Part shown: positions 26,201 through 34,089 of the stretch, piece after piece
Position numbering within the stretch: position 1 is the first letter of the stretch
How the letters are laid out: the number at the start of each line of letters is the position of its first letter
From: a bacterium
GTDB lineage: Bacteria > Patescibacteriota > Microgenomatia > Curtissbacterales > GWA2-41-24
Assembly (NCBI GenBank): GCA_021813125.1
Contig: JAKALT010000006.1
Coordinates: forward strand, 1-56,265
Length of the DNA: 56,265 nucleotides
Direction of reading: 5' to 3'
Notes under the pieces: generated by a model
Seen by the model: only the letters and a program-made list of their open reading frames with translations
What the model was told of the DNA's origin: nothing
The model's database searches: none
Made by a program: the position numbers and the translations under genes

Positions 26201-27853
26201 CAGAGTTGTTGAGTCGACAATCGCCGTCCTGTAACCGGCCTTAAACAAACGCACGCCCAAATCGGCGTCTTCCGTTACGTTAAAAGGGTCCCAACCTTCA
26301 AGTTGCCTTAAGTCACCGGTCCTGAAATGGTTACTTGTCCCGCCAAGTGGAATTGCCGTGTCGATTGACTGCATGCCGGTTAGTGAAAGGTCAAACCAGA
26401 GCGAATACTCTGCGGTAAACAAGCGCGTCAGAAGGTTTTGATGCGGATTAAAGTAATTAAGCTTTGCCTGCATGCAAATAACTTCCCGCGGCGATTTTAA
26501 AAAGGCCAAATAAGCCTTTTTAAGCTGTTGTGGGTCGGGGATGTCCTCGGCATCATAAATAACCACATATTCGCCCTTTGCGTGCGCCAGGCCCCAGTTA
26601 CAGGCCTTAGGCTTAGTCTTAGGTTGTGAATGCGGCACAACCAGCTTGCGCATGTAACTGGGCAGGTTCATAGCATCAACGGCTTTGATTGTTTCCTCAT
26701 CGTCCGCTTCCAGCAAAAGTAAAACGTCCAGCTTTTCCTTCGGCCAGTCAATTGCATCTATTGCCTTCAAAAAGTCGGGCAAAACCCGCGCTTCCCGATA
26801 TAAAGGACAAAGGATTGAATAAACGGGTAACCGTTTTTGGTTGATAGTTGTAAGTTCATGACCAGAAAAGGAAATCTCCGGAGGCGACTGCAGACTTCGC
26901 AAAACCAGGTACAGGTTAAAGACAACGTCCAGAAAATAAATGGTCGAAAGCAATGCAACCACAGTTGCAACAGCCCTTAAAGGATCCATAAAAAGACCCC
27001 AGGAAACTAAAAACAGGGTTCCCGTCAAAAGCACTTTCTGCCAAAACGTAAAGTTAACTATCGCCGATTTTCTGTGGCTTAAAGTTGTATGGGTAATAAA
27101 CTTGCGGCCGCCAAAGCCGACGCCCGCGCCCTTCATTGCTTCCCCTTCTTCCGGTTTAATATGGGCTGGTTCTACCCTCTTGGTCTTCAAAGACAGGGCG
27201 CTTGTTGCCAGCTCCCAACCATTCCTGACAAAACTGATCTTAGAATCCCCTCCCTGCCTTTTTTTGAAAGTAATATCGTATTCGGCAACCGAAAATCCGG
27301 CATTTTTCGCCCTAACCAAAAACTCCAAGTCAAAAGACCAGGCGGATTTTGGCGTAAAACGGACCGCCTCAAATACTTCTTTTTTGAAAACCTTAAGGCC
27401 GGACTGGACATCACAGCCGATTCCATGAAGCACATTGCCGAACCCAAATTTAAATATTTTGGAAAAAGCTTTCCTGAAGGCAGGCGCCTTGTAGTCACGC
27501 CTGTTGGCAACCACAATGTCGCAAGTGTCGCCAAGGCCCGCAACCATAGTCGCAATTGCCTCCGGCGGGTATTGCAAGTCGGCGTCGATCATAGCCAGAA
27601 TATTGCCCGAAGCCTTGGAAAAGCCCTCAACCAGAGAATAGGCTTTGCCTTTTTTGCTTTCTTTGCGAAATGCCCTTACCGGAAATTTTTTCTTGAGTTT
27701 TGTTAAAAGCTCCCAGGTGCCGTCTGTGGAATAATCGTCTATTACTACTGCTTCGTATGCTTTTGGGGACGCGCCCAGTGCCTTCTCGAGACGCTCGAGC
27801 AGGTTCTTGACGTTTTCAACTTCATTAAATGTCGGAACAACGACACTTACCAT
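23219..27853 (-). CDS. 1544-aa four-module fusion: DPM1/GtrB-like GT2 + processive GT2 (D,D,TED,QxxRW) + MOP/Wzx-like flippase membrane domain + GT4
   Basis: aa 1-225: VVVPTFNEVENV...VIDDYSTDGT...DADLQ. aa ~330-700: YDAEDIP, VTEDADLG, QRSRWIKG, plus TM helices. aa ~735-1165: ~12 TM helices (polysaccharide-biosynthesis/flippase-like). aa ~1170-1544: EGWGITIIEANASGTPVVASNVPG. Confidence 0.8.
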   Translation of the reverse strand: MVSVVVPTFNEVENVKNLLERLEKALGASPKAYEAVVIDDYSTDGTWELLTKLKKKFPVRAFRKESKKGKAYSLVEGFSKASGNILAMIDADLQYPPEAIATMVAGLGDTCDIVVANRRDYKAPAFRKAFSKIFKFGFGNVLHGIGCDVQSGLKVFKKEVFEAVRFTPKSAWSFDLEFLVRAKNAGFSVAEYDITFKKRQGGDSKISFVRNGWELATSALSLKTKRVEPAHIKPEEGEAMKGAGVGFGGRKFITHTTLSHRKSAIVNFTFWQKVLLTGTLFLVSWGLFMDPLRAVATVVALLSTIYFLDVVFNLYLVLRSLQSPPEISFSGHELTTINQKRLPVYSILCPLYREARVLPDFLKAIDAIDWPKEKLDVLLLLEADDEETIKAVDAMNLPSYMRKLVVPHSQPKTKPKACNWGLAHAKGEYVVIYDAEDIPDPQQLKKAYLAFLKSPREVICMQAKLNYFNPHQNLLTRLFTAEYSLWFDLSLTGMQSIDTAIPLGGTSNHFRTGDLRQLEGWDPFNVTEDADLGVRLFKAGYRTAIVDSTTLEEANSDIFNWIRQRSRWIKGYMQTYLVHMRNPVDFVRENGIHAFIFQLVVGGKIAFIFINPILWAATISYFALNAIVGPTIEALYPSYIFYMAGISLVFGNFLFVYYYMIGCAKREQWSLMKYVFLVPFYWLAVSVAGVKALYQLIFKPHFWEKTVHGLHLAAEEEAVAAQEQAIKAQPVYLGSPMIEKLRGLMTSGKTAGGILIAASVVGNIFNFAYNAYLGRVVSVEEFGLVSLVGSFLFIVTIPFNSLSRTVTHKSAHYLGEYETALVAFWQAVRRRVVTIGLVATFVWLVFTPVFAPVFKSQSVLPFALFAPVWFVGIVSAVDIGFLYGNMKFVIYAGLMVTAAISKFVISWLLVSLGFPQFVYAAIPGSIAITSVFAWIFASLIKGKLVNEARQKSVKFPFHFFVTSAFSEFSILAFLSFDVILAKVFLSPTEAGQYAILALFGKMIFFVGGLFGQFITPIISREEGAKRDSKKAFYKLFLASAISSTLAYLVVGLFGFETGELLIGAKVQPVEYLLPLYGFGILAFTVAARIVNFYQVKHKHIFPTASFVLALSQIVGISLHHNGLLEIVQVVSVVGALNLAIVLLLHFFYEPLKTMFQNLTDLFGLFAPIPTGVPVADGGLNVLVFNWRDTKHVWGGGSEVYIHEISKRLVDSGNSVTLFCGNDRHNMPNEIIEGVNIVRRGGFYTVYAWAFLYYIFKFRNKFDVIIDSENGIPFFTPLYVRKPVIGLVHHVHQEVFRKHLAYPFAKLAQFLEGTLMPFVYRNVQMVTVSNSSKAAMEAIGFGKVHPIEVINPGVDLSKFKRMQKSKDPSVLYLGRLKPYKSVDVLIRAIKGMVQDVPNATLTIAGDGESRPQLEQLVRDLNLSGVVKFVGKISESTKADLLARAWVLAQPSMIEGWGITIIEANASGTPVVASNVPGLCDSVKNPHNGFLVPWGDASKFAEKITLLIKDDNLRKDFGDFGLIWARNFRWEKNAARFSALIYKQMA

Positions 27854-27970
27854 TTTTAATTTGTTTTGGGCAGATTATTTGCTATTAGCCTCAATCTGAG
27901 GCCGAAGCAACACAGGCTCTAAATCGAAGGGTCATAGTAACATATAGTAGTTCATATTGCAAGCATTAAC

Positions 27971-28000
27971 CTATAAACTATAAGGCTTATAGTCTATAAG
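27971..28000. promoter_or_regulatory. operator-like cluster of four CTATAA(G/A) half-sites including a perfect palindrome
   Basis: CTATAAA CTATAAG G CTTATAG T CTATAAG. The palindrome lies at 27978-27992, ~120 bp upstream of the 27853 start. Confidence 0.35.
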
Positions 28001-28117
28001 TGCCTGCTGGTTCAAATTGGACAGTGAATTTGGCTGAAAAGTTGCCTATCGCAAGGGGCAAAACCAGTTTAGGTGAGCATCAAAGTCAAAGTCAAGAGAG
28101 AAAAGTAAGCCAGGCAA

Positions 28118-28169
28118 TAAGGCCAGACCTTAACTCGGAACCATGCTAGACAAAGGCCTGGCCTTCACC
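28118..28169. repeat. REP-like hairpin, copy 8 (with CTGGTCT/CTGGAAA tail to ~28210)
   Basis: TAAGGCCAGACCTTAAC-loop-GACAAAGGCCTGGCCTTCACC. Confidence 0.85.
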
Positions 28170-28211
28170 TGGTCTCTGGAAACTGGAACCTGGAAACTAG
28201 TCGCTAGTTAC

Positions 28212-30404
28212 CTAAAAGAAGAAGTGCCTCAAGGCCATTGCCCCTGCGGCAAACCTTGATGCAAGTTTTGATGCCAAATCCCATCCCCTAACATACGGCC
28301 ACCTAACCGGCCTGTATTTGCCAAGATAATAAACTGCTACCCTCCATGGTCTAACTAAAATTCTCTGCGCCATATAAGCCATCCCCATGTATCCAAGAAG
28401 CATGAAGACTATTTCCATCCAGTTATAAGAAGATGCAACACCCGAAATCCCCTCCCCGGTTTGGCCTGCGCCCCCGTCACCGACAGTTGACGCCGCCATA
28501 ACATCGGGCACTATACTGCCGCCGGCCATAAATGTCCCCAGAGGAAAACCGACCATAAAGCTTGTTTGTGCATCGCTTGTCACAGTGTTATCGCCCGGCC
28601 CGACTTTGCCTTGCGCCTCCATAACCGCATAATAAGTCCCTCCCGGGGCACTATCGGCTAGAACCAGCCCGAAGGAAATTCTAGCTACCCTGCCGGCATC
28701 CAGCTTACCCAAATCAAACGTCTGAACCGCTGCCAAGTTTCCGTTCGGGTCATACAGGTTGAAAATAACCCGACCGTCATAAACCGGCCCCGTCCCGTTA
28801 TTTTTGGCAGTCGCAAAGAAAGTGACCGTATCGCCGCCGTTAACATGGCTTCCTACATTTGTGGAGAGCGCTGTACCAAGCGCTCCGCCCGGCCCATGCA
28901 CATCCGGTAGTTCGGAATTTGCCGAATCGGCTTCGGGTTCCGTTGTCGGCTCCGGGAAATTACTTGCCCCGCCGATATCCCCATTTAACGTTCCGAAAAT
29001 GTTGATTATTCCAAAAAACCCCTTGGCATTTATGATGTTGGCATTTACAAAGTTGAAAATATTAACGGCCGAAAAAGCCCTGCCTGTTGTAATCGAACCG
29101 CCGCCGGTTGTGTTGCCTCCGGTATTTGAAGTGGCAAAAACCCGGTTTTCAACAGTTGCCAAATTAGACTGGTTTTTACCAATACAACCACAATCAAAAC
29201 CCGTACTGCCTCCTCCAAAATAGCCGAAATCAAAGCTGGTTAGACCAAAGACAGGACCACTTGGACCATTGGCACCCCAACCCAAAAACTGGCCGTTCCA
29301 CTCCCCAAGGTTATTGATAATAAGCCCGGCAAAATTCCCGCCAAGTATATTGAAATTGGCAAAATTTAAAACATTAACCGCAGTTGTTGCATTACCGGTT
29401 GTAATACTGCCACCGCCAGTGCTGTTTGCACCGGTATTGGAAGTTGCCTCAACACTGTTTTGGATATTTGCATTATTCTCCTGGCTAACCTGACTCTGCT
29501 CACCCTCCGAAGCTTTAGCGGAGGAGGGTCCTGCCGCCGCCCCAAAATTATCCGGCAAAACTATATTGCCGTTTAGGTTTCCGAAAATATTAAAAACCAC
29601 AAACTGCAGTGTCGATCCGGCAAAATTGCTGTTGATAAAATTCAAAAGGTTTACCGAAACATAAGCATTCCCGCTTTGAACATCACCTGTACCCAAAACG
29701 CTGTTTTGGCCGGTATTGGCAGAAGCATAGATCAAATTAACAACAGTCGCATTATTGTTCTGGTCCCGTACAAAAACTAAAGCGGAAGGCAGCTGCCCTA
29801 AATCCCCAAGGCTAGTCAAATCGACATTGCCGTTTGCGTCAAGATAAATATTCTTGACGTCATAAGAATAAGAGGAATTGGAAAGGTTGGTATTTGTCTG
29901 GTTTACAACTTCAACACTTGTTGCGGCATCCCCGGTTTTTATTGCAGCGCTTGGGTCATTACTATTATTAGAGGAAGTATTTACCAAACCGCTTGCATCG
30001 ACTGTAGCAGACTGTGTCGATTCATTACTTTGTGTATCAGACAGTGTTCCATTTGTATCACCGGTTGTGTTATTACCCGTATCCGAAGTTGCCGCAACGC
30101 TATTTACAACCGCCGCTTCATTTTGTTGGGTCGTATCCGGGCGGCATTGTGAAGTACATGGGGAAGGGCTTGGGTCCGGTGTCGGACTTGGGTCTACGCT
30201 TAGAGTGTCAGCCGCCGGTGTCGGTGACGGTTCAGAAGCCGGACTTGGCGAGGGCAAATCACTTGGGGAAGAGCTAAGTGTTGGATCCACCGTTTGTGTC
30301 CCGGAAGTAGTATCGGTTGTGGTATCGGCCCAAACCAGTCTTCCGGGCAAAAACCCTACCGATAAAAATATTATTAAAACTATTGCCGTTATTCTTTTAA
30401 GCAT
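28212..30404 (-). CDS. large secreted repeat protein (SNTG-N / TGDA-VxVxNxxNxN repeats) with CARDB-like domain and C-terminal TM segment
   Basis: Signal peptide and PS-rich linker. At least four repeats such as ATSNTGANSTGGGSITTGNATTAVNVLNFANFNI. A CGC motif. The GDTVTFFATAKNNGTGPV segment resembles CARDB. TM helix near the C-terminus. Confidence 0.6.
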   Translation of the reverse strand: MLKRITAIVLIIFLSVGFLPGRLVWADTTTDTTSGTQTVDPTLSSSPSDLPSPSPASEPSPTPAADTLSVDPSPTPDPSPSPCTSQCRPDTTQQNEAAVVNSVAATSDTGNNTTGDTNGTLSDTQSNESTQSATVDASGLVNTSSNNSNDPSAAIKTGDAATSVEVVNQTNTNLSNSSYSYDVKNIYLDANGNVDLTSLGDLGQLPSALVFVRDQNNNATVVNLIYASANTGQNSVLGTGDVQSGNAYVSVNLLNFINSNFAGSTLQFVVFNIFGNLNGNIVLPDNFGAAAGPSSAKASEGEQSQVSQENNANIQNSVEATSNTGANSTGGGSITTGNATTAVNVLNFANFNILGGNFAGLIINNLGEWNGQFLGWGANGPSGPVFGLTSFDFGYFGGGSTGFDCGCIGKNQSNLATVENRVFATSNTGGNTTGGGSITTGRAFSAVNIFNFVNANIINAKGFFGIINIFGTLNGDIGGASNFPEPTTEPEADSANSELPDVHGPGGALGTALSTNVGSHVNGGDTVTFFATAKNNGTGPVYDGRVIFNLYDPNGNLAAVQTFDLGKLDAGRVARISFGLVLADSAPGGTYYAVMEAQGKVGPGDNTVTSDAQTSFMVGFPLGTFMAGGSIVPDVMAASTVGDGGAGQTGEGISGVASSYNWMEIVFMLLGYMGMAYMAQRILVRPWRVAVYYLGKYRPVRWPYVRGWDLASKLASRFAAGAMALRHFFF

Positions 30405-30455
30405 TTTTCACTTCTTCTCACTTTTCACTAATCACTAACTTTGAAACTCCACCCT

Positions 30456-30537
30456 GGAGAGGGAAGCCTAACTCAAACTTTTAGCAACCGAATGTACTGC
30501 TAAAGGTTTTCCCTTCCCTCTCCTAAGATGAAGGGAA
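30456..30537 (-). ncRNA. structured intergenic RNA candidate with mutually exclusive pairings
   Basis: GGAGAGGGAAG (30456-66) pairs perfectly with CTTCCCTCTCC (30513-23). An inner 6-bp stem is TTAGCA/TGCTAA. TTCCCTTC (30509-16) can alternatively pair with GAAGGGAA (30530-37). Confidence 0.3.
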
Positions 30538-30542
30538 CGTTA

Positions 30543-31004
30543 TTAAAGGCTAGACCCACCGTCACTAAGTCCGACGCTAACGTTTTTGTTGACAATGTTG
30601 CTAACTACAACACCGGTAGTAGCATCACCAGTTGATATAGAGCCTTCTACCTCGCCGCCAACATTGTTGTTTCCGGTGTTTGAACCAGCCACAACATCAT
30701 TTCCTATAAGGGCTACATTCTTCTGAGAATTTTTGCAGCCACACGAGGAAACGTTCACATTTTTATTGGCAAGGTTACTCACCAGAACACCTGTTGAAGC
30801 ATCACCGGTACTAGTCTTAGCACCGTGGTCTACCTCGCCGCCAACATTGTTGTTTCCGGTGTTTGAACCAGCCACAACAGAATTCCTGATGCCAGCGAAA
30901 TTAAATTGGCCGCCGTGTGAGCGGCCAGCAAAAGCCGGTACTGCAGTTGCCGCGAAAATTGCTGCTGCGGCACCAATTGTTACTAATTTTTTTGTTGAAA
31001 TCAT
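30543..31004 (-). CDS. small secreted two-repeat paralog of the SNTG/TGDA repeat family
   Basis: Signal peptide ending AFA. It carries VVAGSNTGNNNVGGEV...STGDA(S/T)TGV(L/V)VSN(L/I)(A/V)NKNV(N/S)V twice and the same CGC-KN motif as the large protein. Confidence 0.65.
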   Translation of the reverse strand: MISTKKLVTIGAAAAIFAATAVPAFAGRSHGGQFNFAGIRNSVVAGSNTGNNNVGGEVDHGAKTSTGDASTGVLVSNLANKNVNVSSCGCKNSQKNVALIGNDVVAGSNTGNNNVGGEVEGSISTGDATTGVVVSNIVNKNVSVGLSDGGSSL

Positions 31005-31100
31005 TATTTATTCACCCCCTTCCTTTCTAAAATTTTGTTATTGTCCGTTTGCTTCACTTAGGAACCAAAAACGGAGGCCCATACTCAAGTCAAAGTCGAA

Positions 31101-31145
31101 AGTCAAAGTGTAAAGTTTATTCACTTTTCACTCCTCACTTTGACT
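31101..31145. repeat. word-array hairpin upstream of the small SNTG gene
   Basis: AGTCAAAGTG pairs with CACTTTGACT (10 bp perfect). An inner AAAGT/ACTTT stem follows, with a 7-nt bulge and a TTATTC loop. Confidence 0.6.
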
Positions 31146-31339
31146 GTGAACTTAAGTACGAACCTCCGTTAGCGGTCGGTCCTAACTAGTCGCTAATTGC
31201 TAGTGGCTAGTTGCTATTCAATTTTATTGGGCAGAATCTATTGGGGCAGAAAATTAAAAAACAGTCTGAAAGTAACTATCTTACAAGATACATTTTACAC
31301 TACCATCGCAAAATTTGGTTGTCAAGCCCCGTTTTAAAC

Positions 31340-31918
31340 TCAAAATATCTTCTTAAAAAACCCAAAAATCACTTCCCAAACCGCCGAAATAATATTCACC
31401 TTAGCATGTTTTTCATCCGGTTTTGGGCTCGGACTCACCGGTGGAGTTGATACGGGGGAACCCTCATCAAAATCTTCGGTATTGGAATCCACCTTATTTT
31501 CAATCTTTACACCCAGGCCGGATCCTCCTCCGCCAACCGTAATTGTCTTAACCAGGTTTAAAACCGAACCGTCCGACTTGATATCAGCCTCTAAAGAATA
31601 GGTTCCTGCCATCTGCGGAGCCGGAAAACTAACGGTAAATTGGTTGCCCGAACGGCTCAACTGGTACGTTGAAAGAAGGTTATAGTCGCTATCGTGGACA
31701 TTAAGGCTGTGCTTGTCCCCTCCTTCGTTGTCGGTCACGATCCGAACATACACAACCTGTCCTGGTTTAAACATCAAACTCGGCTGGGCAAAAACACTGT
31801 CCTGGGTAATTTCAAAACCCGCACTCGCATTCGCCGATTCAATAATTTTTGAAACATCCAATTTTGGGCTTAAATTGGAAAAATTTAAAGAGGAAAAGAG
31901 TAAAACTGCTGCAATCAT
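31340..31918 (-). CDS. secreted/anchored hypothetical protein
   Basis: Start taken at MIAAVLLFSSLNF (31918), adjacent to the upstream stop at 31920. Beta-rich ectodomain with a PSP linker. Confidence 0.5.
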   Translation of the reverse strand: MIAAVLLFSSLNFSNLSPKLDVSKIIESANASAGFEITQDSVFAQPSLMFKPGQVVYVRIVTDNEGGDKHSLNVHDSDYNLLSTYQLSRSGNQFTVSFPAPQMAGTYSLEADIKSDGSVLNLVKTITVGGGGSGLGVKIENKVDSNTEDFDEGSPVSTPPVSPSPKPDEKHAKVNIISAVWEVIFGFFKKIF

Positions 31919-31919
31919 C

Positions 31920-32144
31920 CTAAACCGAGTCGGCAAGCGTCTTACTTGTCTCAATCGGCTCGTCTAAACTCTTTCTTGGCCTGGCAACTTTATTGATCAC
32001 CCTTTCCGTTATTTGGGTGACGGTATAGTTGGAGATATAGATTTCAACAGACCCGTAGGCTTTATTTTTGATTGCATCAATTATCTGGCTTACAAGCTGG
32101 GGGGAGATGTTTTGGGTAGAAAATGCGCTGTCTTTTTGGCTCAT
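31920..32144 (-). CDS. YezD/DUF2292-like small protein
   Basis: IIDAIKNKAYGSVEIYISNYTVTQITERV resembles the YezD pattern (GS-[IV]-x-[IL]-x-[IV]-x-x-G-x-[IV]-x-x-I-x-x-x-E). Confidence 0.45.
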   Translation of the reverse strand: MSQKDSAFSTQNISPQLVSQIIDAIKNKAYGSVEIYISNYTVTQITERVINKVARPRKSLDEPIETSKTLADSV

Positions 32145-32280
32145 TGCAGTAAAGGGGCAGGAATAATCAAAAAAAGGGCTATCGGGGCAGATCCAGAATT
32201 ATTATACGCTAGTTGACAAGTATCCTTTCTGAGGCAGAAAGCAACCGCAGCTAGCATAAGGGCAGGCCTTAACCAGGTAA

Positions 32281-33936
32281 CTAATTCACAACTACGCTGG
32301 ATGTGGTCTGAGAAGCGCCTACATCGTATGTGTAACTCGACTTGGTTACATTGGTAACACTGGATTTATAAGTCCCTGTTTGCGATGAGCGCAACCTGAA
32401 AGTTACAGTCCCATCAGTCGCTGTTTTACCCGATCCTGTGCTTTGGCTGCCGGAAGGCTGGGTTACCGTCAGGGAAACATTGGCACCGGAAACCGGGCTG
32501 CCGCCAGTATCCAAAACCGTCACCTTGGTGTAAACATTGCGCCATATAAACGACTTGGTAAACCACATCGAAATGCCGGAAACGTGCATTACCCCGCTTG
32601 GCGCAGGCGTAGGGCTTGGGGTCGGCGTGGGTGTTGGAGTGGGTGTTGGCGTGGGTGTTGGACTCGACGTCGGTGTTGGAGTTGGAGTTGGTGTGGGACT
32701 CGGGGTTGGTGTTGGCGTCGGGCTCGGACTTGGTGACGGAATCGACCCGCCCACGGCCCTATAGGCGTTAATACGCCCCTTGACCCAGTAAGTTCCGGTA
32801 CCGGCAATAGCGTCCGCGTTATTTTCGATCTGTGTCCGGACGCAAGTATTGGTCGAACATAGGCCGCTTGCCCAAACCAAGGCGGCCAGACCCGAAACAT
32901 GGGGCGTTGCCATCGAAGTGCCGGAAAGCGCTCCGTAATTGGTCGGACCGATTTTATTGGCATGGTTTGGCATCGTTGAGTAAATATCTACCCCGGGCGC
33001 GGCAACATCAACCCAAGAACCGTAGCTGGACCAACCGGCCTTGGCATCATTTGAATCCGTAGCCGCAACCGCAATTGCGCTTGTGTAGTATGCGGGGTAC
33101 GTGCGGGCGCTGTTGCCGTTGTTGCCGGCAGCCGCAACCACTACTACCCCGTGGCTTGCGGCATAGGAAACGGCATTGGCAAGCGTTGTAGACCCGCTCG
33201 AGCCCCCAAGGCTCATGTTAATAACCTTGGCGCCGTTGTCGGTTGCCCAGACAATACCGTTGGCAATCCACGAATAGTAACCGGAGCCGGCGTCATCCAA
33301 AACTTTGACATTCATAAGCGAGGAATTGTAACCAAGTCCCGCCACTCCGGTGCCGTTATTGGAAATTGCCGCCGAAATCCCCGCAACATGCGTCCCATGG
33401 CCGTAAAGATCATCAACTGTCGGGCTTGTTGTGAAATTAGCATTCGCAACAACTTTTGCAGCCAAATCTTCGTTGTCCTGGTCAATACCGGTATCCAAAA
33501 TGGCCACTTTAACCACAGGATCACCTGCTGTTACATCCCATGCACTTGCCCCGCTGGCATTGGCAGCGTTAACCTTAAACATCCCCCATTGCTGACTTAA
33601 GAATGGGTCGTTGGAAACGGTTGCCGCATGCGCCATAAAATCCGGCTCGGCAAACTCAATACTTGGGATTTTAGAAAAAGCCGAAGCAAGTATGTCTTCT
33701 TCACCCTGTGGCACCTCTAAGGAAAGCATATTTAGCTTTTCGATCCGTGCGCCAATCTTGGCATTAAATTTATTGATATTAAGATCAACAACATTCTGAG
33801 GCGTGCCTTGCTTAAATTTCACCAAAATTCTACCGCTCGCATGCTCAGGTAAGGTCGGTCCGGCAGCCGAAACCACCAACGGCAAGGGAATAAACAAAAC
33901 TAATGAAATCAGAAAGGCTACAAAAGTCCTTTTCAT
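32281..33936 (-). CDS. secreted subtilisin-family (S8) serine protease with PT-rich linker and C-terminal Ig-like domain
   Basis: Catalytic triad contexts [16 protein letters not shown] and [11 protein letters not shown]. ~45-aa (P/T/S) linker. Confidence 0.9.
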   Translation of the reverse strand: MKRTFVAFLISLVLFIPLPLVVSAAGPTLPEHASGRILVKFKQGTPQNVVDLNINKFNAKIGARIEKLNMLSLEVPQGEEDILASAFSKIPSIEFAEPDFMAHAATVSNDPFLSQQWGMFKVNAANASGASAWDVTAGDPVVKVAILDTGIDQDNEDLAAKVVANANFTTSPTVDDLYGHGTHVAGISAAISNNGTGVAGLGYNSSLMNVKVLDDAGSGYYSWIANGIVWATDNGAKVINMSLGGSSGSTTLANAVSYAASHGVVVVAAAGNNGNSARTYPAYYTSAIAVAATDSNDAKAGWSSYGSWVDVAAPGVDIYSTMPNHANKIGPTNYGALSGTSMATPHVSGLAALVWASGLCSTNTCVRTQIENNADAIAGTGTYWVKGRINAYRAVGGSIPSPSPSPTPTPTPSPTPTPTPTPTSSPTPTPTPTPTPTPTPSPTPAPSGVMHVSGISMWFTKSFIWRNVYTKVTVLDTGGSPVSGANVSLTVTQPSGSQSTGSGKTATDGTVTFRLRSSQTGTYKSSVTNVTKSSYTYDVGASQTTSSVVVN

Positions 33937-34005
33937 TTAGGGGTAACAGACCAGTTTAGAAAAACGGCGAAGCCAAAGTCAAGTGTGTTTGTTCATGGTT
34001 CATAG

Positions 34006-34059
34006 TTAAGGCCAGGCCTTAGCTTGGGATAAACCTCGGTAAAGGCCTGGCCTTAACCC
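34006..34059. repeat. REP-like hairpin, copy 10
   Basis: TTAAGGCCAGGCCTTAGC-loop-GTAAAGGCCTGGCCTTAACCC followed by the GGTCTCTGG words. Confidence 0.85.
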
Positions 34060-34089
34060 GGTCTCTGGTCGCTGGTCTCTGGAAACTGG

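Noticed and set aside
27089-27706. 205-aa plus-strand ORF (and 26940..27428) inside the giant glycosyltransferase gene
   Set aside because: It is antisense to a 1544-aa ORF with clear GT motifs. The composition is low-complexity and Arg/Phe-rich, typical of shadow ORFs. The same applies to 4245..4931, 11147..11578, 14789..15163, 23316..23744, 28804..29223, 29878..30438, 30733..31113, 33151..33600, 40469..40879, 43258..43572, 44460..44855, 45407..45802 and 54444..54752.
28212-28500. Sortase sorting signal in the SNTG repeat protein (GAGQTGEG followed by a TM helix and basic residues)
   Set aside because: The motif lacks the Leu/Pro positions of LPXTG/LAXTG. The segment after the TM helix is ~60 aa long, unlike the short basic tail of sortase substrates. 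It is kept only as a remote possibility.
32589-32740. Tandem GGTGTTGG/GGCGT-type DNA repeat
   Set aside because: It is the coding sequence of the Pro/Thr/Ser linker of the S8 protease ([11 protein letters not shown]...). The repetitiveness follows from the peptide composition and is not an independent element.
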